Below are positions 27,000-37,435 of a stretch of 64,000 nt of DNA, piece after piece; within the stretch, counting starts at the first letter, position 1; each line of letters opens with the position of its first letter. The position numbers and the translations under genes were made by a program. The DNA comes from a virus. The stretch spans positions 63,134 through 127,133 of the IMG/VR virus record IMGVR_UViG_3300035105_000276. One strand, written 5' to 3'. The notes below the pieces were generated by a model that did no database searches, had not been told where the DNA came from, and saw only the letters and a list, made by a program, of their open reading frames with translations.

Positions 27000-29760
27000 G
27001 CATTTTTTATAAAATATCCGATTTTTAAAGGTTTGGGAGCATATAATAGGGTAGAGTTTTGGGTATTTGAGGTTTTGGGTAAAATTTTTAGTAAGGTGTG
27101 GCTAATTTCTCTGTTTGTTGTACCTAACTATTTGTGAGGTGAGGCTAACTTTATAAAATATTGGTGAAATCTTGGAAAAATTACGACTGTAGAAGTGTAA
27201 AAATCGATTGGTAAAACAGGGCAAAATAGGGCAAAATACTATCACCAGGGTTAAAGGCTTGCCTGGAGAGGGTTTTTGCGCTTAGTAGTAGTGATACTGA
27301 ATTAGGATTTTCTGAAAAGGGCACGGGCTGCTGGTTTTCCGGTAAAGGGTTTTCGAGACTTTTAAGGGAGAATGTCGTTTCTAAACGACAGTTTTATGTG
27401 GTGTGCACTTTAAGATTAGATAAGTAAAATATGTGCGAAGTAAACAGAGAGTGTGGTATTGCATTTTCGAAGATCGGGAAGATCTACAGAAAACTTTTGA
27501 GTTGGGATGTGCCGGAGGGCAAAAGGGGCTTCGGTAGATCTTAGCGATAAAGTTAGGTTTAACTAATAACGTAGTTATGCAGCTCTTGGTGGTTGCATGA
27601 ATTGGATTCATTTATAAGAATTGGATTCAGTTTACCTTCAACAGTAGATGATAGCGAGGTAAAAAATGGAATATTCTGTAAAAGTGTGTTAGAACCATGT
27701 GAAATGATCGATTTTTTGAGATTTCACGGAATATATGACGGTGGTTTTTTACTGATTTTGGTTGCCTGTTTAAAGAGTGGCTGAAAACCCGTGCAGACAC
27801 TGGATAGGCACTTGCACATCTACTGAAACTTTAAATCCTTGAGAATGCAACAGGGACGGGGATTTCATTAATTTGTTCAAATTTAAGGAAAAAGTAAGTA
27901 GAATTTGGTAGTAAAACTCCAAAATCGAGCACATCTACAGAAATGTCGTTTTTAGCCATAAAATAGCTGTGGTATAGCTGTGTAAAAATGTGATGTTCCT
28001 GGAGGGTCGATCACATCTACAGCAAAAGTACGATTGGTATAAGATTTAGACCTTTCAAGACCGTTAACCCCCAAGGGCTTCAGTAGATCTTAGCGATTTT
28101 TTCTGGTTTTTTGGATTTGTGAAACGATTTTTGTTTCACACGCAAAAAATTCATATCTTAAGATCATAGCGAAAAAATGGTGATAGTGCTGCTGGGCTGA
28201 CTCTAAAGAGTAACTGCCTGATTTGACAGGGGGAAAACGTGGATATGCCATGGTGAGCTGTAGGTAAATACACTCTCACCACCCCTTGAAAATTCTTTTC
28301 TTAAAAAGTGTAAGACTAAGAATTTGAGAAAATAACTGTAAAAGTGTAAAACCCTTGGTATCTAATGCTTTAAAGTATTTGGTATTTGGAATTTTAAGTA
28401 AGAACGAGCCACCCCTTGTGCCAATTCTTATCTTAAGAAGTTAGCAGTGACCTTAAAACAGGCTTGAAACCCACATCAGCACTGGCTGTAATTCTTTCTT
28501 AAGATCTCAGCGATTTTTAGCCCAAACACATAGACTATTACTGGGGATCCCCCTAGGGCCCTATATATCTAAGTAGGTTTAAGAGGGTTAGTATATATTA
28601 TGTATATTAAAATGATTTTTTATATAATAATACCCTAAGAGGACGTAGTACATCACATATTCTTCTAAAGTCCCTTACGCGTTTATAGTCTATGATTTTT
28701 GGCCAAAAATCGGTGAGAACTTAAGAAAAAAACTTAGCCAGGCATAGCAAGGGTTTTGGTAGGGGTCGCTAAGATCTTAAGAAAGCTTTTACCGCCTTTT
28801 TTGAGTACCCCCTGATTCACGAAGCATTAAAGCTACCATATCCCTTTTAATATCAAAGCTTTATCACATCTTAAGATAAGAATTTGAAAAGCCAAATTTC
28901 ACATCTTAAGAATTGATTAAAAAAGATCCAGTGATAGTCCTCCAGTAAATCCGCCAGGCTGTGGCCTTTTCCCAGAAAAAGCCTCAAAAAATGACCTAAA
29001 AGTGTTTTAAAATTCAGCATACCCCCACCCCCTATCTGGAACCCCACCACCCGGGCATCTCACCCTCCTCTCATTTTTTTAATCTGTTCTTGCAACCCAA
29101 AGTACTGGTGATAGTTTTCGTAGGTATTGACATATTCTGATGCAACCTCCTATTTTTATTGAAGATACCTCTCTCTTTAGATCTTAGCGGCCCTATTTCC
29201 CAAATTCCCCTAACCATTTGATTCTTAAACAGATTGGCTCTACTTACTCCCCCAAAATAGTAAAATTTTACAAACAGACCCTCTCGCAAATCTAAAAAAA
29301 CCCACTGGTGAAAACCTCAAAATATGATCTTTATTTTGAGGTTTTCACCAAATATCACATTCTCTTATGTAGATCTTCCCTTTCAAATTCCGTGCCTGGC
29401 TATGTAAAAATTCATCAAAAGCTTTCTAAGCCCTCTAAGATCTTAAGAAATGGTTTTTAAGCCCTTTTCAGGGATGTGATAGTGCAAAGATACGTAATAA
29501 AATCCATCTTTTACACTCGTTCATTTCACGTTTGGTATTGGACCAACTCAATATTTTTTAATCGCATACCCCCCTTACTACATCCATAATCTTTGAAACC
29601 ACACTCCATACCTGCCATTTCACCCATAAGGGTTTTTACCCACAGGGACGTATTCTTTGGCTTTTCCTCCCTTTAAGCACTTAAGTAATACCTCTGTAAA
29701 ACCCCAATACACAAGGATATGCTAAAAAAATATCACTGAATTTCCATAGATCTTACCGAT
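27000..29760. repeat. Long non-coding region with iteron-like repeats and central inverted repeat (putative origin)
   Basis: AGATCTTAGCGA-like units in both orientations, CATCTACAG repeats, inverted repeat ~28495-28538/28684-28730 around an AT-rich core. Confidence 0.6.
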
Positions 29761-29830
29761 ATTTTTACAAACAAAAAACCGGTGCCATTTCTGACACCGG
29801 TCTCTGGCCCAACACATTTCTGGTAACGGG

Positions 29831-30622
29831 TTACACAGGCATCTGATTCTCCAGTGTGATTTTATGGCGTTCCACATCGTCCTCAATACCCATGTAATCC
29901 ACAGATTTGTACCCGAGGATGCGTACCCCCTTCTGCTCATTGTTCATGAGTTTCTTGGAATTTTCAATGACAGCATCCAGGGTTATACCCCCCGTAAAGA
30001 TGGCTGTGTTTGTAATACGGGAGACTTCTTTCTTGACAGAGTCTGTATTGCAATACTTACTCTTCGGGTACCAGGGGTCTTTATACATAACAGCCGGCAC
30101 GCCATACACCAGGTACTTGGTTTCCGGCACCACGAACAACTGGTGGTATAGTTTGGTACCCCTCCCCGGTACATACTTCTCCACGAGTATCAGCATTCTG
30201 GCGGCACCCTTCATAATCCAGGTATCTTCCTTGAGGACATCCTCCCAGAAGTTTACCAGGGTATTTCCCCCTATTTTCCCGATACCGTCTATCATATTCT
30301 CAACCCAGGGAGATCTGAGCGTCGGGTAATCCTTTTCCCGGTATTTTTTCTGGTACCTGTACCAGGTGGGTGCTGCGAATACCGTGGACCCCTTTGCGGC
30401 CCCACCAAGCTCATTGAGCAGCTTTCCATGCTCGAATATTTTCATAAAGAACCTTTTGGCAAACTTCTCTTTGCTGTGCATGCTGTCCAGCACACCCATT
30501 TTCACCTGGAACATGGTCCATTCTTTCATGGAAACGGCAAAGTACCTGTTTTTCTGTTGAAGGGCTGTAATCAGCTCCTCTGCCACCCTGTCCGGGTGGG
30601 TCGCTTTGTCAAAAAAGAACAT
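29831..30622 (-). CDS. Hypothetical protein
   Basis: 263-aa ORF with AAGGA RBS. Confidence 0.7.
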   Translation of the reverse strand: MFFFDKATHPDRVAEELITALQQKNRYFAVSMKEWTMFQVKMGVLDSMHSKEKFAKRFFMKIFEHGKLLNELGGAAKGSTVFAAPTWYRYQKKYREKDYPTLRSPWVENMIDGIGKIGGNTLVNFWEDVLKEDTWIMKGAARMLILVEKYVPGRGTKLYHQLFVVPETKYLVYGVPAVMYKDPWYPKSKYCNTDSVKKEVSRITNTAIFTGGITLDAVIENSKKLMNNEQKGVRILGYKSVDYMGIEDDVERHKITLENQMPV

Positions 30623-30721
30623 CTTCTGGTAATCCTTTCATGATATTGCTTTTAGGTCGTGGAACCAAACCCTTCAGGTTTGGGGTATGAGTTCTGCTTT
30701 AGCAGGCCACGGCCATTAAAT

Positions 30722-32005
30722 TTAGTGTCCATATGTGTATCCATCAGCTGCATGTAGAAGTCTGCAACACCTCCAGCCAACCCCCTGTACAATCTCGGCC
30801 CTGGTTTTAATATTGAAACTCCCGCTTGCCCTAACGGCAACTCTACCAACGTAACAACCAATTTTCTTACCAGTTGTTACAACAGCTTGTACTATGTCTC
30901 CAGTTTGGAAACCGTGCACTTTTTTAACTGTAGATTTTGATCCAGTACGTGGAAATCCATACTTGTCAGACCGGCACATCTGCCTGCTGCCATGTCCCAT
31001 GGCCTGCACCTGTAAAACTTGCTTATGCACCTGGAATACTGTGTCGGGTGTGCTTCTGCCAACACAGGCAGCATCTAGCCAGTGTGTTTTGGGTAAATCT
31101 CTGGTGGTTCGATTGAACTTGGTTAAGCCTCCGGACCCTACTTCAACTGGGTAACCATACTTCATCAGCCTATGATACAGGTGCCAGCGTGTAGCGTTTA
31201 CAGCTGCTGCTTCTTTTAATGGTGCTTTAGCCTTTCTTAATATTTTGGCCAGAAGCTCAGGTTTGTTCTGCAGAAACTGCTCAACCGGCTGGTTGTTCTT
31301 CAACTGGTTACACCTATTGCAGGCCAATGTGAGATTGCTCACCCTGTCAGACCCACCTCTGGACCTCGGCACTATGTGCTCAATTTCCAATGGAACATTT
31401 GTTTCCCCACAATAAGCACATGTTCTGCCCCATTTTTTTAACAGGTACTCGCGCACTTCGTAGCCGGCAAGTACTCCCTGCTGGTACTGCACACCTGATA
31501 TCTCTGGGTCCTGCATAAGTTGAGTATCAAACCTTACCAGCTCCATTGAGATACTTGTGATGTTGCAGTATTTCTGTAGTCGGCTTACCCATGTCTCAAT
31601 ATTATGCACACGGCTTTTTAGAGATGGGGGCAGCCAGCCTTTCGGACGCGAACGGTTTTCAAATCTGGGCTCTCTGTACCTGGTTTTACGAGCTCTCCTA
31701 CTCCTGCGGCTGGCTCTTCTGGAGTCCAAAAGCTTTTTTATGCGTTGCTCCCTGTGGGTCAACTCCATAGCAAAAACAATCTCACCTGAGTCTTTTAGTA
31801 CAACTATGCCAGTTGTTCTGCTACCGGGATCAATCTTTACTCTCAGTGGTTCTGGCTGCACCTCTGAGTGAGCCTCTTTCAGTATAATAGTGAACGGATA
31901 CTTCCTGAACACAGCAGCTTTCTGCTGGTTCAACATTAGTCTGGCCTCCGCCGGGTGCACCGGTTCTAAAGGCTTTTTGTTTGTATCAATTACAAATACT
32001 TTCAA
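30722..32005 (-). CDS. iscB: IscB RNA-guided endonuclease
   Basis: VFVID..PLEPVHPAEAR, IDPG, RRSRR, EIEHIVPRSRGGSDRVSNL..C..CN, HWLDA; GGAGG RBS before TTG. Confidence 0.95.
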   Translation of the reverse strand: MKVFVIDTNKKPLEPVHPAEARLMLNQQKAAVFRKYPFTIILKEAHSEVQPEPLRVKIDPGSRTTGIVVLKDSGEIVFAMELTHREQRIKKLLDSRRASRRSRRARKTRYREPRFENRSRPKGWLPPSLKSRVHNIETWVSRLQKYCNITSISMELVRFDTQLMQDPEISGVQYQQGVLAGYEVREYLLKKWGRTCAYCGETNVPLEIEHIVPRSRGGSDRVSNLTLACNRCNQLKNNQPVEQFLQNKPELLAKILRKAKAPLKEAAAVNATRWHLYHRLMKYGYPVEVGSGGLTKFNRTTRDLPKTHWLDAACVGRSTPDTVFQVHKQVLQVQAMGHGSRQMCRSDKYGFPRTGSKSTVKKVHGFQTGDIVQAVVTTGKKIGCYVGRVAVRASGSFNIKTRAEIVQGVGWRCCRLLHAADGYTYGH

Positions 32006-32236
32006 ATGTAAAACCTCCCTGTTAAAGGGTAATGTTTGCCTCGCCAAAGTTAGCACCAGGTTTGACGTAAGTAGCACTGGCTTAACCCCTTAGACCTGTT
32101 TAACCACTTACCGTAGAGCAGCAGGCTGGCAAGCACCTGCTGGTACCTATTTCTGGTGTAACGTAGTGCATGTGCACTAAGGCTGGTCAGCGTGGGGCTT
32201 TTGCAAGCCCACATGGTTTAGCTGTGGGTAGCTGAC
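32006..32236 (-). ncRNA. omegaRNA scaffold of IscB element 2
   Basis: GTCAGC...GCTGACCAG pairing, CTACGTT and TTGGCGAGG segments typical of omegaRNAs. Confidence 0.8.
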
Positions 32237-32684
32237 TAAAATTAACGTTAATCCTTTCTCCCCCCGGATCGGCCAAATCCGGGCAGCCAGCAACAGCCAG
32301 CCATAAACTTTTAACAAACTATGTGGGGTTTTTTGATTTCGTGAAGATTTTAGGGCAGTGCCTTCCAAAACACCCTCTAATTTCCACGTAGAACTCTCCC
32401 TGAATACAGTCCTAGTCACTCAACCCTGAAACTTAAAATTTGACCCCTTCCTGGGGCTCACTTATGCATATTCACCTCCATGCCAAGGCTGGTTTTACCC
32501 AAAGATTTCTGCCAGAGATTTTTTAATCACATTTTTTTCCGTCCGGAACTACAAACTCAATGCGTACACACCCATTCTTTGTATGAAAATATAAAAATGG
32601 TGGATAGGTTCCCCGGTGCAGAACCGAAAAGTCCGTGCCCCTCCTTCACGGACTTCCACCTCAAACCTTTGAACCAGGATAGGT

Positions 32685-34571
32685 ATGGCACAGACATTTG
32701 CACAGTATTTGATCAACAAGGGTCTCCCCGGGGATCTGCACGTTACAGAGCCTTTGGATAAAAAGGCACTCGAAGCCCTCCTCATAAAAGCCCACCAAAG
32801 ACACCCGGGGAGATACCCTTCCATTGTCATGCATCTCAAACGTCTGGGGAACAAGTTTGCCACCTATGAGACCCAGACCATGGGCCTGGCTGAGATTGCT
32901 GTCCCCAACAAGGAGAAACGTAATGCCATCCTGGATAAATACGACACGCTTCAGGGCAAGGCCAAGGACTCAGCAGAGAGGGACTCTATTTTTAAGCAGA
33001 TGCAGAAAGAGATTTCCGACAATGACATTGCTGGCGGCCTGGACAGTGCCACTTCCATGGTGGTCTCAGGGGGCATGGGTGGTAAAAAGACCCAGCTGAT
33101 GAAACTGCGGTCTACCCCGGGTGTGATCACTGATGCCAAGGGCAAGATTATCCCCCAGGTGATCCGCAACAGCTACTCGGAAGGGTTGAGTGTGCGGGAC
33201 AACTGGCTACAGGCCATACAGGGCCGGAAAGCGTACCAGGACGTTCAGCTGTCCACAGCCAGTCCGGGCGAGATGTCAAAAGTGATGTCCAACCTGCTCA
33301 ACAGCAGTGTGGTTTCTTCGGATGATTGCGGGACCAAAGCAGGGATAACCCTGTTTGCCAAGGATGAGTCTATATTGGACAGGTATCTGGCCAAGGATCA
33401 TGGTCGGTTTAAGAGGAACACGCTGATTACTGCGGATGTTCAACAGGAGCTTTTACGTTCCGGGGTTCAGATGATCCTGGTTCGAAGCCCTGAGACCTGC
33501 CAGGCCAAAGATGGCAGTGTCTGCTCAAAATGCATGGGCTTACGGGTGGCAACCGGGAAACCTTTCCGGGTTGGTGATAATGCTGGGATGATTTCGGCGG
33601 GTATTCTGGGCCAGGACGTAACTCAGCTGGCTTTGAGTGCCAAACATGGCAACCAGACAGCCAAAGGCCAGGGTACTGAGCTTGTAGGTGAAAAAGGGTT
33701 CCGCACATTCGTGGAAAGTCCCAAGGTATACCCCAACAAACAGATCCTGGCAGAACTCTATGGAAAAATCTACCGGGTTATTCGTGCTCCACAGGGCGGC
33801 TGGAACGTCACTGTCAGAGAAACCCGCAAAGTACCAGAGCGATATATCGTAACAGGTAAAGCCGTGCCTAAACAAAAAGGGTTCTACGTTTACTACATTC
33901 CTCCCCAGAGAAAACTGGTTGAAGGCATTGAAAAAGACGCGGACGTTTACCCCGGCATGCCTTTATCTGATGGCACAGTCAATCTCAGAGACATCGCAAG
34001 GCTGCAAAACCTTGGTGTTGCCCGTTCTCAGGCTACCGAAGGTATGTACCAGGTATACAAAAGAACCGGCGTGGATATGGATCGCCGGCACTTGGAATTA
34101 CTTTCCCGCAACATGATGAACCAAGTAAAAGTAGAGAAATCTCCTGCGAATTTCCCCATTAAGCGCGGCGAAATCGTAGAATACAATACCCTCCAGTCTG
34201 CCCTGGGCAAAGTTTCTGCTACAAAAACAAAACTGGAAGATGCTCTTGGCATGACCCTGACGGAAGGTGTGAATTCTGTCACAGCCGGCACCGAACTGAC
34301 CAAACCGGTGGTGGACCAATTGAAAAGCCAGGGGATTACACATGTGAAAGCCACGGATCAGGTGGAAACGTCCGCGGTATTTACTCCGATGACCCGCAGT
34401 CTTAATAATGCTGCCAATAAATGGCTGTCCAAACTCAACCACAGGTACATCAGCACTGCATTGAAAGACGCCGCGGCTTTCGGAGAAAAAGAAAGCATTC
34501 ATGGGTACTCGCCCATGGCCAGTTATGCCTACGGGTCTGAATTCGGGTATGGGGAAGACGGTAAATACTAA
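32685..34571 (+). CDS. Phage multisubunit RNA polymerase, beta'-like C-terminal half
   Basis: SYSEGLS, RK..D..L.TA..G (bridge helix), DDCGT, VRSP.TC...VCSKCMG (Zn), G..AG..LGQ..TQL.L..KH (trigger loop); no NADFDGD. Confidence 0.88.
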   Translation: MAQTFAQYLINKGLPGDLHVTEPLDKKALEALLIKAHQRHPGRYPSIVMHLKRLGNKFATYETQTMGLAEIAVPNKEKRNAILDKYDTLQGKAKDSAERDSIFKQMQKEISDNDIAGGLDSATSMVVSGGMGGKKTQLMKLRSTPGVITDAKGKIIPQVIRNSYSEGLSVRDNWLQAIQGRKAYQDVQLSTASPGEMSKVMSNLLNSSVVSSDDCGTKAGITLFAKDESILDRYLAKDHGRFKRNTLITADVQQELLRSGVQMILVRSPETCQAKDGSVCSKCMGLRVATGKPFRVGDNAGMISAGILGQDVTQLALSAKHGNQTAKGQGTELVGEKGFRTFVESPKVYPNKQILAELYGKIYRVIRAPQGGWNVTVRETRKVPERYIVTGKAVPKQKGFYVYYIPPQRKLVEGIEKDADVYPGMPLSDGTVNLRDIARLQNLGVARSQATEGMYQVYKRTGVDMDRRHLELLSRNMMNQVKVEKSPANFPIKRGEIVEYNTLQSALGKVSATKTKLEDALGMTLTEGVNSVTAGTELTKPVVDQLKSQGITHVKATDQVETSAVFTPMTRSLNNAANKWLSKLNHRYISTALKDAAAFGEKESIHGYSPMASYAYGSEFGYGEDGKY

Positions 34572-34597
34572 CTTTTAAAAACTGGGATATACAACAT

Positions 34598-35053
34598 ATG
34601 ATCACAAAAACAGCCAGTGCTTTCATGCAGGACCTTGAAGGGCTGGAATACACTCCGGATGAGGATTCACAGTATGCATACCTGGAGGATAAAGCACACA
34701 GACGGCTTTTACGCCCTGAAGTTTCCCGGAAACGTGCTTATGGCACCGGGGCTTTAGTCGGTGGGGTAGCAGGGTCTATTGCGGGAGCACCTACCAAGAA
34801 TCCTAAAGCGATTCTGGGTACTGCAGCCCTTGGCACCGCGGCCGGTCTGGGAACAGGCCTTGTTCGCCGCATAGTCGATAACCGGGAGCGGGGGGAGGCT
34901 GCGTATGCCAAACGGTTAGCCAATAGTCGGAACCGGGTGGCCCTGGCAGATCTCATGCGGGACCTGGCAGCCAACAGGCGTAGGCGTGAAATTACTGACC
35001 AGGCACAGAAGACGGGCTTGTATACCGGCGTGTACAACAACGCGATGCGATAA
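34598..35053 (+). CDS. MITKTA-family Gly-zipper protein, putative virion internal protein
   Basis: N-terminal MITKTA; GxxxG hydrophobic segments. Confidence 0.55.
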   Translation: MITKTASAFMQDLEGLEYTPDEDSQYAYLEDKAHRRLLRPEVSRKRAYGTGALVGGVAGSIAGAPTKNPKAILGTAALGTAAGLGTGLVRRIVDNRERGEAAYAKRLANSRNRVALADLMRDLAANRRRREITDQAQKTGLYTGVYNNAMR

Positions 35054-35087
35054 TTTTTTTTAAAAAAGAACCCAACAAAGAGAATAT

Positions 35088-35339
35088 ATGGCTAAGCCAC
35101 ATAAAGATAATGATTCCGAACAGAGCACACAGGGGCTTTCACCTTTGACTATGCTTTTTTCTGAGGTGGAGAGGTTGTACACCCGCTCGGATACCATAGC
35201 GGATAAGGTGAATAAACTTGCCGGCCAGATGAGTATAGTGAACAAAATAGTATGGCTGTTATTTGCCCTGGTCCTGACAGCTGCTGCTACTGGCGCGATC
35301 AATCACATAATCAATATAATTAGAGGAGCATCATCATGA
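35088..35339 (+). CDS. Holin-like membrane protein
   Basis: Coiled coil plus C-terminal TM segment, upstream of endolysin. Confidence 0.45.
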   Translation: MAKPHKDNDSEQSTQGLSPLTMLFSEVERLYTRSDTIADKVNKLAGQMSIVNKIVWLLFALVLTAAATGAINHIINIIRGASS

Positions 35340-36100
35340 TAAAGGACTGGGTGGAACGATTAAGATTACTGTGGAATCCTCAGAGAATTACACAGCCACT
35401 TATGGATGAAATTAAAGCGGACAGGCACCGGTACGAGCAGCTTGAACAAAGGTACACCCAGGCTTTGAACAGCAAGGAGCACTACATGGATATTTTGTCC
35501 ATGGTAACCAGTGCCCTGGCCGCTTTACAATGGCATAAAGATGAAAATTTCAAGTATACGGTGGCCAACCACTCATACTGTAACCGGTTTTTTGGTGTAA
35601 TGTCCAAAGAGCGGTGTATCAGCTCTTTACAGGGTAGAACAGACGAAGAAGTGGTGCAGATGTTTTACCCGAATGAAGAGGTTACCAATACCCTGGTTGC
35701 CTCCAGTGCTGCATCGGACGCTTATATGCATGAAATGAAAGAGCCGGCACACTTTTTCTTAACCGGTACCATCGATGATGTGTACACCCTTATGTATGTG
35801 ATTAAAAAGCCAACTTACTCTGGTACGGGTCTGTATACTGGGTGCTCTAATCTTGGATGGGATCTCACCTCAAGAACTGAAGAACTACAGCCAGCGCTGG
35901 AAGTTCTGATGTCTGAAGAGCAGTCTTCTGTAATCTATGAGGACTCGTTTACCCAGTGTATTCTGGTGAATCCTGAGCTTACTCAGTGTGGCCTGTTTCA
36001 GCATCTGTGCGTGGATAAAGTGATTGAAAGGGCCCGATTCTGTTTAAACCCTGACTCGTGTGACAAAGATTGTGAACGCAAAAACAGCGTAACACTGTAA
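35336..36100 (+). CDS. Hypothetical protein with PAS-like segment
   Basis: WHKDENFKY..AN..YC...G.TD.E pattern. Confidence 0.5.
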   Translation: MIKDWVERLRLLWNPQRITQPLMDEIKADRHRYEQLEQRYTQALNSKEHYMDILSMVTSALAALQWHKDENFKYTVANHSYCNRFFGVMSKERCISSLQGRTDEEVVQMFYPNEEVTNTLVASSAASDAYMHEMKEPAHFFLTGTIDDVYTLMYVIKKPTYSGTGLYTGCSNLGWDLTSRTEELQPALEVLMSEEQSSVIYEDSFTQCILVNPELTQCGLFQHLCVDKVIERARFCLNPDSCDKDCERKNSVTL

Positions 36101-36107
36101 GGAGCTT

Positions 36108-36512
36108 ATGGAAACCCATATTCAGCATATAAACTGGGACGATTACCTCCCGTTTTTCAAACCACATGAATTCGAATGCAACTGCACCCATAAATGCGGA
36201 TTGCAGAACATGACCAAAGAGCACATGGACCTGCTTTTCAAAGCAAGGAAAATGGTGGACCATCGGGGGGTAAAATTCGACATTATCAGCGGGTCCAGGT
36301 GCAATTACTGGAACAAGCATGAAGGGGGCTCGTTTGCCAGCGATCATGTCACGGGGGAAGGCTCAGATATTTTCGTTTCCGGCAGCAGAGACCGGTTTTT
36401 AATTTTAAAGGCCCTTATCAAGGTGGGATTTAGCCGGATAGGGATAGGACGCACTTTCTTACACGCCGGCAGTGCTGCCAGGAATGATCAGGAAGTTTGC
36501 TGGCTGTATTGA
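36108..36512 (+). CDS. Peptidase M15 family endolysin
   Basis: EF.C.C, ISGSRC..N..EGG...SDH..G.GSD, RIGI...FLH. Confidence 0.85.
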   Translation: METHIQHINWDDYLPFFKPHEFECNCTHKCGLQNMTKEHMDLLFKARKMVDHRGVKFDIISGSRCNYWNKHEGGSFASDHVTGEGSDIFVSGSRDRFLILKALIKVGFSRIGIGRTFLHAGSAARNDQEVCWLY

Positions 36513-36597
36513 GATATTGTATTTTTTAAAAAACATTTAGGTGTACTATAAAATAGGAGTTAACCAAATGTCTGGGCCTCCAGAACCTATTCAGGGT

Positions 36598-37401
36598 TCA
36601 CAATCGCAGAGTATTCATACCTTGAGTATATAATACAGTCTTTGAATATCCCCCATCTTCTCCGTAAATCAAGCACCCCGGTATCATACCAAATTGAGCT
36701 TCCGGGTCGTTGCTCCAGGCGGCAAGCAGTGCAACAGGCAGTATCTGGTCGTCAGAGTATTTCATGGGCCCGTACCTCCATATATGGTTAAAAATCACTT
36801 TATCCTCATTCTGTAATAATTCGTATAGAGCTTCAACCCCTTTTTTATTTAATGATCGGGTCAGCCCATCCTGGTACCGTTCAAATCTTAATGCATTGTG
36901 AAATCTGGGTATAATCGGGTGTTCTCTGCTTAGACTAATGTACCGAGTGTGAGTGCTCACCACTCTGGAGTGCAGTACCTTGTAATAGCTGGCAGGCATG
37001 CCGGGTCCTGGGTGGAATTCTATAATACAGGATGTTTTATCAGCAAGCAGTACTGTGGCCCTCAGGGCATCAGGGGTGTAATAAAATAAAGTCGCCAGGG
37101 ACACGCAGGTAGTGTTCAGCTCCATACATTGCCTTAGCAACATGTCGTCTGCGTTATGGAATGTGTATCTGAATCCGCCATCCGGGTTTTTTTGTACTTC
37201 CATGGGCACAATACCCCCATGGTCAGGGATCACAAGGTACTGAACATTTTTGTCTGCCCCTACGCTGTAGTTTTTCACCAGTGTTTTAAAATAATCCGGA
37301 ACCGGAAGCATTAGTGAGGTACCCATAATGACTCCTATTACCATAAAAAAATAAGAATTGAAACAAATAAAATACTTAATTGTAGGTAATTGCATGTCCA
37401 T
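36598..37401 (-). CDS. Hypothetical protein
   Basis: Long ORF antisense to flanking genes; start uncertain. Confidence 0.6.
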   Translation of the reverse strand: MDMQLPTIKYFICFNSYFFMVIGVIMGTSLMLPVPDYFKTLVKNYSVGADKNVQYLVIPDHGGIVPMEVQKNPDGGFRYTFHNADDMLLRQCMELNTTCVSLATLFYYTPDALRATVLLADKTSCIIEFHPGPGMPASYYKVLHSRVVSTHTRYISLSREHPIIPRFHNALRFERYQDGLTRSLNKKGVEALYELLQNEDKVIFNHIWRYGPMKYSDDQILPVALLAAWSNDPEAQFGMIPGCLIYGEDGGYSKTVLYTQGMNTLRL

Positions 37402-37435
37402 TCTTTATATGAACACATAAAAACAAGGAGTACTC

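Larger units (their letters stand above)
30642..32236 (-). mobile_element. Second IS200/IS605-family IscB (OMEGA) element
   Basis: 5' GTCAGCTACCCACAGCTAAACCATGTGGG hairpin; 3' CCAAACC-TGAAG-GGTTTGG hairpin; 3' boundary inferred. Confidence 0.85.

Noticed and set aside
27381-29289. Short ORFs in the non-coding region
   Set aside because: No convincing RBS or protein-like features; likely chance frames
27000-29760. CRISPR array
   Set aside because: Repeats are degenerate, irregularly spaced and in both orientations; no cas genes
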